From NCBI GenBank assembly GCA_963734495.1, contig CAVTHK010000016.1:132428-196427 (forward strand): a stretch of DNA of 64,000 nucleotides, read 5' to 3'. Of this stretch, positions 30,675 through 39,621 are shown in pieces. Each line of letters opens with the position of its first letter. The first letter of the stretch is position 1. Source of the DNA: an uncultured Spirochaetota bacterium (GTDB lineage: Bacteria; Spirochaetota; Spirochaetia; SZUA-6; CAVTHK01). The notes beneath the pieces were generated by a model. It did no database searches, was not told the origin of the DNA, and saw only the letters and a program-made list of their open reading frames with translations. A program made the position numbers and the translations under genes.

Positions 30675-31892
30675 CTACAGGGGGCCGCGAGCGCCCGCGT
30701 GCAGGCGCACCTGTCGCGTCGCGCTCATGACGAGCCACGTGCCCGCCGCCAGTATGACGGCGACGGTGACGAAAACGGGCGTGAAGCCCGAGAACGCGCA
30801 GATGGCGGCGCCGAGGGCCGGTCCGACCGCGTTGGCGATCGCGCTCAAGCTGGTGGACAGGCCGTAGATGGTGCCGAGCTGGCTGCGGTCCGCCCGTGTC
30901 GCCAGCATCGCGTTCACGGTGGGGACTGCGCCGCCCAGAACCGCGCCGGAAAGGAGCCGCAGCACAGCGAGCTGTCCCGGAGTCCGTACCGCGATGAGGA
31001 GAAGGTGCGTCACGACGCCTCCGGCCAGGCAGTAGACCAGCACCCTTCCATAGCCGAGCCGGTCGCTCACATGGCCGGCGGCGACCGCGGCGAAGGCGCT
31101 GGCAAAGGCCCCCCCGCCGATGATCAGGCCGGACAGCGTGCCCAGCATCGTCGACTTCGGCGCGATCGACTGTATGAACAGCGGCAGGATCGGCGAGACG
31201 GCTCCCCCGGCCAGGTTCAACGTGATCACCACCACGAGAAAGAGGACCAGCTCGCGGGATTTCGCGAGGATCGAGAAGTCGGGAAGGATTCGCCGCCAGA
31301 TCGGCTCGTCCATGGGTTTGGGAGTGAAGTCCTCTTTGACGAAGAACAGCACCACGAGCGCGCCGGTGCCGAGCAGCGCCGACGTGATGAGGAACGAGGC
31401 CCTGTAGCCGAGGATGTCGGCGATGCCGCCCCCGAGCATAGGGCCGACGGCCGACCCGACCATGATGGCCATCTGCAACATGCCCAGGGTGTAGCCCGCC
31501 TTGCTCGGGGGGGCCGAGCCCGCGACCAGGACGGTGGCCGCCGCAACGGTCCCGGTAAAGATGCCGCCGCCGGCCCTGAAGACGATGAGCTGCCAGGGGT
31601 GCGTGGCGAGGCCCATGCAGAACATCATGATCGTGCCGCCGACCAGCGCCCGCAGGAACATGATCCTCCTGCCGTAGGAGTCCGCGAGGCGGCCCCAGAT
31701 CGGAGCAAAGATGAACAGCGTGACCGCTCCCGAGCTCTGCACCAGGCCGACCCACATCTTGACCTGGGCATCGTCTTTGATGCCGAGCTCCTGGATGTAA
31801 AAGGGAAGGGTGGGGCCGAGCGCTCCGAACCCGGCGAGGGCAAGCATCTCCGCCACCCAGATCGCGTAGAAGTTGCGTTTCCAATCGATCAT
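30675..31892 (-). CDS. MFS transporter
   Basis: ATG 31892 (MIDWKRNFYAIWVAEML) within ORF 30675..32231. About 12 hydrophobic segments. WGRLADSYGRR matches MFS motif A. Confidence 0.8.
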   Translation of the reverse strand: MIDWKRNFYAIWVAEMLALAGFGALGPTLPFYIQELGIKDDAQVKMWVGLVQSSGAVTLFIFAPIWGRLADSYGRRIMFLRALVGGTIMMFCMGLATHPWQLIVFRAGGGIFTGTVAAATVLVAGSAPPSKAGYTLGMLQMAIMVGSAVGPMLGGGIADILGYRASFLITSALLGTGALVVLFFVKEDFTPKPMDEPIWRRILPDFSILAKSRELVLFLVVVITLNLAGGAVSPILPLFIQSIAPKSTMLGTLSGLIIGGGAFASAFAAVAAGHVSDRLGYGRVLVYCLAGGVVTHLLLIAVRTPGQLAVLRLLSGAVLGGAVPTVNAMLATRADRSQLGTIYGLSTSLSAIANAVGPALGAAICAFSGFTPVFVTVAVILAAGTWLVMSATRQVRLHAGARGPL

Positions 31893-32229
31893 CCGGAACA
31901 CCCTCTGCTCGCACGCCGTTGGGTCTCGCCCGCGCCTTGGAGCATCGGGGGGAGGACCGCACGCGTCCCTCCCCGGGCAAACGGGCGGGCCACGCGCGGC
32001 GGAAGCGGCAAAGTCTCGAGCGGACCTGACAAACGGCGCGCGCACCCGCGCGAGCTCATGGCGGCAGCCGTGAGCGGGCGACGCTGCGCCGCTCCATCGT
32101 TGGCAAGGGTGCGCATCTGGCGCGGTCGTGTCAACAGAAGTGCTTGACCCCGCCAGGGGATTGCCGCACAGTCGCTCGCGAGAGCCCGGCAAGGACTGCG
32201 CAGGCCCGGCAAACACCGGGCGGGGAGGC

Positions 32230-33135
32230 ATGTTTCTGCACGCGCCCGTCGTGGACGCTCACCAGCACTTCTGGGACCTATCGCTCGGGAAACACCCCTG
32301 GCTCGCCCCCGAGGCCAGGCATCCCTTCCGCTACGGCGACACCTCCGCGCTCAAGAGAAACTACCTCCCGCCCGACTACCGTCGCGACGCCGCGCGGCAG
32401 AACGTGGTCCGGACCGTCTACGTGGAGACCGAATGGGACCCTGCGGACCCTTCGGGCGAAGTCCGCTGGGTCGAAGGGATCGCCGAGCGCTACGGCGTGC
32501 CGAATGCCGTAGTGGCGCAGGCGTGGCTCGACCGGGAGGACGCCGCGGCGGTGCTCGCGACTCACGCCCGTTCCCCGCTCGTGCGCGGCGTGCGCCACAA
32601 GCCGCGCGCGGCGTCGTCGCCTCGCGAAGTTGTGCCGGGCGCGCCGGGCTCGATGGGCGACCCGGCGTGGCGGGCCGGCTTCGCCCTGCTCGCGCGCCAC
32701 GGGTTCTCCTTCGACCTTCAGACCCCTTACTGGCACCTGGGCGAGGCGGCGGCGCTCGCGCGGGACTTCCCTTCGACCGTCATCATCCTCAATCACACGG
32801 GCCTGCCCGCGGATCGCTCCCCGGAGGGGCTCGCGGCGTGGCGGGCCGGGATGTCCCAGCTCGCGCAGCAGGCCAACGCGTTCGTCAAGATCTCCGGCCT
32901 CGGCCTGCAAGGGAGACCGTGGAGCGCCGACGACAACGAGCGGCCCGTGCTCGACGCGATCGAGATCTTCGGGGTCGAGCGCTGCCTCTTCGGGAGCAAC
33001 TTCCCCGTCGACAGCCTGGTCGGCGGATTCGACAACATCTTCGACGGTTTCCGCCGGATCGTCCGGCGGTTCTCGCGGCCGGACCGGGGCGCTCTTTTCC
33101 ACGACAACGCCATCCGCGTCTACCGCCTCGAGTAG
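32230..33135 (+). CDS. Amidohydrolase-2 family metal-dependent hydrolase (TIM barrel)
   Basis: ATG 32230 (MFLHAPVVDAHQHFWD). Also carries IILNHTG and FGSNFPVD, typical of this family. Confidence 0.7.
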   Translation: MFLHAPVVDAHQHFWDLSLGKHPWLAPEARHPFRYGDTSALKRNYLPPDYRRDAARQNVVRTVYVETEWDPADPSGEVRWVEGIAERYGVPNAVVAQAWLDREDAAAVLATHARSPLVRGVRHKPRAASSPREVVPGAPGSMGDPAWRAGFALLARHGFSFDLQTPYWHLGEAAALARDFPSTVIILNHTGLPADRSPEGLAAWRAGMSQLAQQANAFVKISGLGLQGRPWSADDNERPVLDAIEIFGVERCLFGSNFPVDSLVGGFDNIFDGFRRIVRRFSRPDRGALFHDNAIRVYRLE

Positions 33136-33193
33136 CCGCGGGGCGCGCACCGCATGTCGGGTGAGGAAGTCGCTGCCGTTTTCCATTTCCCGC

Positions 33194-33222
33194 TTTACAC
33201 TTCCGGCCCGCACGGGTAGAGT
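33194..33222 (+). promoter_or_regulatory. Sigma70-like promoter TTTACA-N17-TAGAGT upstream of the transketolase-like gene
   Basis: Hexamers read directly. The RBS AAGGAGA precedes ATG 33305. Confidence 0.35.
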
Positions 33223-33304
33223 GAGTCTGCGGCGTCCCTGCCTGCGGCGGGGCTGCGGCGTGGACGGCGCCCGCTGAACAACGATCGCAAGGAGAATAGG
33301 ACGC

Positions 33305-35826
33305 ATGAGCCGAGTGGATGAGAGGTATGACGCGCTGGTCTCCGAGTTCCCGCGATGGGAAAAGACGAAGGACCTGATCGAGCAGCTGCTCGACATCATG
33401 CTGAACTACCGGCAGAGCGGGCATCCCGGCGGGTCCCGCTCAAAGCTGCATGCCTTCCTCGTCACGCTGCTGAGCGGCGTGATGCGCTGGGACATCCGCC
33501 ACCCGGAAAAACGGTTCGGCGACCGGTTCGTGCTCGGAGCCGGGCACACGGTGCCCATGGTCTACTCGACCCTGGCCCTGTTCAACGAGGCGATGCGGGT
33601 CAAGTACCAGCAGACCGGCGACGCGAAGTACGCGATTCCCAAGGCCAAGGAGCGGATGCTGACCTGGGAAGACCTCGCGATGCTGCGCCGCAACAAGGGG
33701 CTTTCGGGCCACGCGGAGATGGAAGGCAAGAGCCTGTTCCTCAAGTTCAACACCGGCCCCTCGGGCCACGGCAGCCCGGCCGCCGCCGGCGAGGCCGTGG
33801 CCCTCAAGCGGGCGGGCGCCGAAGGCGTCAAGGTCTTCATCTTCGAGGGTGAAGGCGGGCTCACCCCCGGCGTCACGCACGAGACGATGAACTCGGCCTG
33901 GGGCCTGGCGCTGGACAACCTCTACTACGTCGTGGACTGGAACGACTTCGGCATCGACGCGCACACCGTGAGCTCCTGCGTGTACGGGTCGCCGCGCGAC
34001 TGGTACGGCGGGCACGGGTGGCGCGTGTTCGGCACGGAGCAGGGCAGCGAGTGGGGGCCGGTGACGCGGACGATGCTCGCGATGACGCTCGAGGAGAATC
34101 CGCAGGCCCTGCCCAGCATGGCCTGGGTCAAGACGCGCAAGGGCCGGGGCTACCTCACCTACGACTACGCGTCGCACGGCGTCCCGCACAAGCTCAACGA
34201 CGAGAAGTACTGGCAGCTCCGCAAGGAGTTCGCGGCCGAGTACGGCGCCCAGTTCGTGAACGTCGGCGGCGCCGCGCCCAAGGAGGCGACGGCGCTCCGG
34301 GAGGAGTGCCTCGCGAACCTCAAGGCCGTCATCGACGTGCTGCACAAGGACCAGGCCTGGTCGACTACCTGGCCGACCGCCTGGTGCGACCTCGGCGACA
34401 GCGTGCCGAGCGAGATCGCCGACGTTCCGGCTGGGCCGCAAGGGCAGCCCCTTCAAGGACAAGCGGCTCTTCGACTACCGCAATTACCCGAAGGACCTCT
34501 ACCTGCGCGCCCGGGATCTTCAGCCGCGAACCGCAACGCGCTGGCCAAGTGGGGCGCCTGGGTCAACTCCTTCGGCGCCAAGGAGTACGGCCGGCCGATC
34601 TTCCTCGCGTCATCCGCGGACCTCGCCGAGTCGACGAACATCGCCGGCTTCGCCCGCGGCCACGACGACTTCAAGGGGTGGGACTGGTTCGGCCGCAACG
34701 GCTCGCCCGAAGGCGCGCTGCTGACGCAGCAGATCACCGAGTTCGCCAACTCGGGCATCATGGTCGGGATGGCGAGCGTCAACCTCTCGACAGGACCCGG
34801 AAAAGGAGTTCGACGGCTTCTGGGGAGCCACCTCGACCTACGGCTCCTTCTCCTACCTCCTGTACGGACCGCTGCGCCTCTTCAGCCAGCTCGCGCAGGA
34901 CTGCCAGCTCAAGGTGGGCAAGGCGATCTTCGTGGCCGGCCACTCGGGCCCGGAGACGGCCGAGGACAGCCGCACGCACTTCGGCATCTTCTCGCCGGGC
35001 GTTACGCAGCTCTTCCCCGCCGGCCGCATGATCAACCTCTACCCGTGGGAGCACAACGAGGTGCCGGTCCTGCTCGGCGCGGCCCTCGCGACCGACGTCC
35101 CGCTGATCACGCTGCACCTTACCCGGCCGCCGATCGCGATCCCCGACCGCGCCGCGCTCGGCATCCCGTCGCACTTCGAGGCGGCGCGGGGCGCCTACGT
35201 GGTGCGCGACTTCGCGGCCGGCAGGCCGCGCGGCGGCGTCGTGATCGCGCAGGGGACGAGCGCGGTGGCGAACATCGTCAAGATCCTCCCGGACCTGGAG
35301 AAGTCTGAACGTGAAGGTCGTCTGCGCCACCAGCCCGCAGCTGTTCGCCATGCAGGGCGAGAGCTACCGGAAGCAGGTGCTCTCGGACGCCGACAAGATG
35401 GACTCGACCGTGGTCACGACCCAGGCGCGCTGGCTGATGCACGACTGGCTCTTCAACAAAGTGGGCGAGGAGTACGCTCTCTCGAGCGACTGGGACGACC
35501 GGTGGCGGACCGGCGGCAGCGTCGACGAGGTCCTCGAGGAGGCGCACCTCTCGCCGAAGTGGCTGGTCGAAGGAATCACTCGGTTCGTCCGGGACCGCGG
35601 CAAGCGGCTCGCGCGCCTTTCTGGCGGCGTAGCGGCGGCCGTGGGCGCGGCGGGCAGGGCGGCCAAGGCGCCTGCGCCGCGGAAGGCGGCCACGAGAGCG
35701 GCCGGGCCGCGCAAGGCCGCGGCAAAAAAGGCGCCCAAGAGGGCGGCGGCCGCCAGGGCCGCGACGAAAAAAACGCCCGCGAGAAAAGCAGGGGCCGCGA
35801 AAAAGCCCGCCCGCAAGCGTCGCTGA
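33305..35826 (+). pseudogene. Long transketolase-family protein, about eight inserted bases between 34350 and 35310, ending in a Lys/Ala/Pro-rich tail
   Basis: Motifs present: YRQSGHPGGSRS, FEGEGGLTPGVTHE, and later FVAGHSGPETAEDSRTHFGIFSPG. Collinear pieces lie in ORFs 33305.., 34018.., 34914.. and 35311..35826. The first 1 kb is uninterrupted. Confidence 0.7.
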
Positions 35827-35884
35827 TCGGGCCGGGCGCTTCGAGACGGGCGCGGCGGGACGCCATAGTGTATATACTATTGGC

Positions 35885-36658
35885 GTGGACTGGTTCCGCT
35901 TGAGGCCGTGCCGCCGGGGCCTCGCCCTGGCACTCGGCGTCTGGGCGCTGGCGCTCGTGTTCGCCGGCTGCCGCCGGCAGACGCAGCCCCCGGCGCCGCA
36001 GCCGTCGCAGGAGCAGGCGGAGGCCGACGCGCGCGCGGCGAGCCGCTTTCGCCTGCTGATGGCCGCGGTCGCGGCCGGCGAAAGCGACCAGGTCAAGAAG
36101 CTGCTCGACGAGGGGGTGAGCCCCAACCAGAAAGCCGAGAATGGCGACACCCCGCTGGGTCTGGCCGCGTCGCGGGGTGACGTCGCGCTCATGCGGCTTC
36201 TGATCGAAAAGGGCGCCGAGGTGGCCGCTTCGGGCCCGCTCTCGGGCACACCGCTCGAGCTCGCGACCTGGTACGGGCACGCCGAAGCGGCCCAGCTTCT
36301 GCTCGACAAGGGCGCGGATCCGAACTCGCGCGGCTTCGAATCCTGGACGCCCCTGATGATCGCGGCTAAGCAGGGCCAGGCCGCCATCGCCCGCCTGCTG
36401 ATCGCGCGCGGCGCCAGCGTCAACGAAGGCAACTTCCAGAGCGCCACCGCGCTCATGATCGCCGCGTCCGAGGGGCATGCGGACGTCGTCAAGGTGCTGC
36501 TCGCCGGCGGCGCCGACGCCGGCCGGACCGACGGCCGCGGGAGGCGCGCCGCGGACTATGCCGCCGAGGCCGGGCACTCGGACCTGCTGCCTCTGCTCGG
36601 TCCGCCGTCGGCGCCTGCAAAACCGCCTGCTGCGGGCGAAACGCCCGCCAAGGAATAG
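35885..36658 (+). CDS. Ankyrin-repeat lipoprotein
   Basis: Lipobox LVFAGC, followed by four to five ANK-like repeats (GDTPLGLAASRGDVALMRLLIEKGA, WTPLMIAAKQGQAAIARLLIARGA, ATALMIAASEGHADVVKVLLAGGA). Confidence 0.75.
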   Translation: MDWFRLRPCRRGLALALGVWALALVFAGCRRQTQPPAPQPSQEQAEADARAASRFRLLMAAVAAGESDQVKKLLDEGVSPNQKAENGDTPLGLAASRGDVALMRLLIEKGAEVAASGPLSGTPLELATWYGHAEAAQLLLDKGADPNSRGFESWTPLMIAAKQGQAAIARLLIARGASVNEGNFQSATALMIAASEGHADVVKVLLAGGADAGRTDGRGRRAADYAAEAGHSDLLPLLGPPSAPAKPPAAGETPAKE

Positions 36659-36662
36659 GATT

Positions 36663-37511
36663 ATGGGGCGCCTCTTCGACTACCACACCCATTCGCGCTT
36701 CTGCGACGGCAAGGGAGAGCTCTCCGAGTACGTCGAGGCCGCGGTCGCCTCCGGCCTCGTGTCGATCGGCCTTTCCGGCCACGCCCCGTGCCCCGTCGAG
36801 AGCGACTGGCACATGAAGGAGCCAGACCTCCCGCGCTACCTCGAGAGCGCGCGGGCACTCGCCCGCGCGCAGGAGGGGCGCGTCAGCGTGCTGGTCGGTC
36901 TCGAGGCCGACTACATTCCCGGCGTGATCTCGCCCCGCGCGGTGCGCCAGGCGCACCGGCTGGACTACGTGATCGGCGGCGTGCACTACCTGGGCCGTCT
37001 CTCCGACGGCACGCCGTTTACGATCGACGGAACGGTCGAGGAGCTGCAGAGAGGGATCCGCGAGGGTTTCGGAGGCGACGCCCGGCGGGCCGTCGCGCGC
37101 TACTTCGAGCTCGTCGGAGAGATGGCCGCCACGGAAGCCCCCGACGTGATCGCGCACTTCGACCTCATCAAGAAGAACAACAAGGGTCTCTTCGACGAAG
37201 GCTCTCTCTGGTACCGGGCGGTGGCCACTGAGGCGCTGCGCGCCCTGGCCGCCTCGGGCTGCGTCGCGGAGATCAACACGGGCCCCGTGTCGCGCAATTA
37301 CGGGACCCACTTCTACCCGGGCGACGGTATCCTCGCCCCGATGGCCGAGCTGCGCATCCCGGTCACGCTTGGCTCCGACGCCCACAGGCCGGGCCACGTG
37401 GCGGCGCACTTCGGCGCCGCCCTGGACGCGCTGCGGCGCGCGGGCTATCGTGAGTGCTGGCGGCGCGACGGCAGCTCGTGGTCGGCCGTGCCGCTCGATA
37501 CCCTCGGCTGA
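36663..37511 (+). CDS. PHP-family histidinol-phosphatase-like protein
   Basis: N-terminal FDYHTHSRFCDG, then GLSGHAP, GLEADY and LGSDAH metal-ligand motifs of the HisJ/PHP family. Confidence 0.7.
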   Translation: MGRLFDYHTHSRFCDGKGELSEYVEAAVASGLVSIGLSGHAPCPVESDWHMKEPDLPRYLESARALARAQEGRVSVLVGLEADYIPGVISPRAVRQAHRLDYVIGGVHYLGRLSDGTPFTIDGTVEELQRGIREGFGGDARRAVARYFELVGEMAATEAPDVIAHFDLIKKNNKGLFDEGSLWYRAVATEALRALAASGCVAEINTGPVSRNYGTHFYPGDGILAPMAELRIPVTLGSDAHRPGHVAAHFGAALDALRRAGYRECWRRDGSSWSAVPLDTLG

Positions 37512-37525
37512 GGAGAACGGAAGAC

Positions 37526-38809
37526 GTGAGGGACGCGCGAGAGGCCGCTGCGCTGCGGCCCCTGCTCTACGACGGCTCCAAGGGTGTCATGCTGCAGAGC
37601 CTCGGGCTGCCGAGCGGCGAGGCGTCGGAGCTGTGGAACGTGACCCACGCGCGCGTGGTGCAGGACGTGCACGCCGCGTACGCGGCCGCGGGCGCCGACG
37701 TGATCCAGACCAACACGTTTCCCGGAAACAGGGTCACCCTCGGCAGGCACGGGCTGGCGGAGCGCTTCGAGGAGCTGAACGCGAGCGGGGTGAGGCTCGC
37801 GCGCGCGGCCGCGGGTCCCGGGCTCTGGGTAGCGGCCTCGGTGGGGCCCACCGGCGAGATGCTCGAGCCGGCGGGCGAGCTTTCCTTCGACAAGGCTTAC
37901 TCGCTGTACGCGGAGCAGGCCGCGGTGCTCGAGGCCGCGGGCGCGGACCTCGTCCACTTCGAGACGTTCGGCGACCTGGGAGAGCTCAGGGCCGCCATCC
38001 TCGCGGCCCGCGAGCGCACCGCTCTCCCCGTGATCGCAACGGCTACGTTCGAAGGGGGCGGCAGGACACTCTCGGGCAACCTGCCCGAGGTGTGCGCACT
38101 CGCCTGTGAGGCGCTGGGCGCCGCGTTTGTCGGCGCCAATTGCTCGACGGGCGCCGAAGGGATGGTCCCCGTCCTGACCGCGATGGGCCGGGTCGCGTCG
38201 GGCCCGCTGGCGGCCAAACCCAACGCGGGCCTCCCGGAGGTCGTGGGGGGCCGCGTGGTCTACCGCGAGACACCGGAGCATTTCGCGGGGTTCACGGGGG
38301 AGTTCCTGGACGCGGGCGTCCGGCTGATCGGGGGCTGCTGCGGCACCACTCCCGAGTTCGTGCGCGAGATCAAGAGGCGGCTCACGGGGCCGCCCGCCCC
38401 GCCTGCAAGGGCTGACGGCGGTGCGACGCGCAGGGCGCTGGTGGCTTCAGCCTTTCAGGTCGAAGAAATTGCGCCGGGCCTGCCCATCGGCGAGATCGGG
38501 CCCGAGGAAACGGGGCGGGGCGACGGCGCGGCCCTCGCCGACATCGCGGGCGAGCTCGCCGGCGCCGGGGCGCGCTGCCTTCACATCGACTTCGGCGCGC
38601 ACGCCGACCGGTGGGATGCCCGGGCGCTCGCGGGCGATCTCGCGCTCTTCGTGCGGACGCCCCTGCTCCTGAGCGCCTCGAGCCGGGCGTTCCTCGAGCA
38701 GCTGGTCCGCCGATACCCCGGCCGCCCGGGCATGGTGGGGCAGCCGGCGTACGGGGCCCTCGAAGTCACGCCGGCGATGCTGGCCGCGTGCCGCCGTGTC
38801 GGGAGGTGA
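37526..38809 (+). CDS. Homocysteine S-methyltransferase domain protein with an extra ~130-aa C-terminal region
   Basis: GTG 37526 follows AGGAGA. Zn-ligand motifs VGANCSTG and IGGCCGTTPEF are present. I recognised no B12-binding motif. Confidence 0.7.
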   Translation: MRDAREAAALRPLLYDGSKGVMLQSLGLPSGEASELWNVTHARVVQDVHAAYAAAGADVIQTNTFPGNRVTLGRHGLAERFEELNASGVRLARAAAGPGLWVAASVGPTGEMLEPAGELSFDKAYSLYAEQAAVLEAAGADLVHFETFGDLGELRAAILAARERTALPVIATATFEGGGRTLSGNLPEVCALACEALGAAFVGANCSTGAEGMVPVLTAMGRVASGPLAAKPNAGLPEVVGGRVVYRETPEHFAGFTGEFLDAGVRLIGGCCGTTPEFVREIKRRLTGPPAPPARADGGATRRALVASAFQVEEIAPGLPIGEIGPEETGRGDGAALADIAGELAGAGARCLHIDFGAHADRWDARALAGDLALFVRTPLLLSASSRAFLEQLVRRYPGRPGMVGQPAYGALEVTPAMLAACRRVGR

Positions 38810-38813
38810 TCTC

Positions 38814-39602
38814 GTGAAACGGGCGGGGGCAGGTGTCCTGTGGGTCCTGGCCGCTGCGGTTGCGGCCCCCCAGGCGAACGTGATCCAGACGTTCGAGCAC
38901 GAAGGGGTCGCCCGCGTCTCGATCAAGAGGGCGGGGATCTTCGACGTGAGCGTCAAGGGCACGTCGGGGAAAGCCGTCCGCGTGGAGGTCCGCAGCGATG
39001 ACGCCGCGGACAAGGTGCAGGAGACGCGCCAGGGCGACGAGCTCGTGATCGACGCGTACCGGAAGGACCGGGTGCGCAGCGTCGGCTCGCGGGCGCCGGA
39101 GCTCGTGGTGAGAGTGCCCGAGTCCACCGCGCTCTCCATAGAGACGAGCAGCGGCGGCATCGACGTCGAGACGGTCACAGGCGCGAAGGACCTGAGCAGC
39201 TCCAGCGGGAACATCGCGGTGCGCAGCTCGCGGGGCAGGGTGGACGCGCGGTCCTCGACCGGCAACCAGAAGTACGACTACGTGGCCGGCGACGTCCGCG
39301 GGGAATCGGCCACGGGCGCGATCGAGCTCAGCAACTGCGAGGGGAGCGTGTCCCTGAGGTCGGCCACGGGCAGGCTGTGGGCGCGCAGCCTCCGCGTATC
39401 GGGCGACTCCAGCTTCCGCACCTCGACGGGGCGGATCGAGATCGACTTCGCGAACCCGCTGGATGACTTCACCTTTTCCCTCCACTCCGTGACCGGGCTG
39501 ATCGAGGTCGGCGGCGTTGCGGCGCGAGGCAAGGTGGAGAAGGGCAGCGGCCCCCTGCGGATCACGGGCCAGTCGACGGTGGGCCGGCAGAGCTACGAGT
39601 GA
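38814..39602 (+). CDS. DUF4097-like beta-strand-repeat protein (putative adhesin fold)
   Basis: GTG 38814 follows GGGAGG, with a signal-like N-terminus. Reiterated SSGGIDVE / SSSGNIAVR / STGRIEID strand repeats. Confidence 0.5.
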   Translation: MKRAGAGVLWVLAAAVAAPQANVIQTFEHEGVARVSIKRAGIFDVSVKGTSGKAVRVEVRSDDAADKVQETRQGDELVIDAYRKDRVRSVGSRAPELVVRVPESTALSIETSSGGIDVETVTGAKDLSSSSGNIAVRSSRGRVDARSSTGNQKYDYVAGDVRGESATGAIELSNCEGSVSLRSATGRLWARSLRVSGDSSFRTSTGRIEIDFANPLDDFTFSLHSVTGLIEVGGVAARGKVEKGSGPLRITGQSTVGRQSYE

Positions 39603-39621
39603 GACCGGGCGACGGCGCGCG

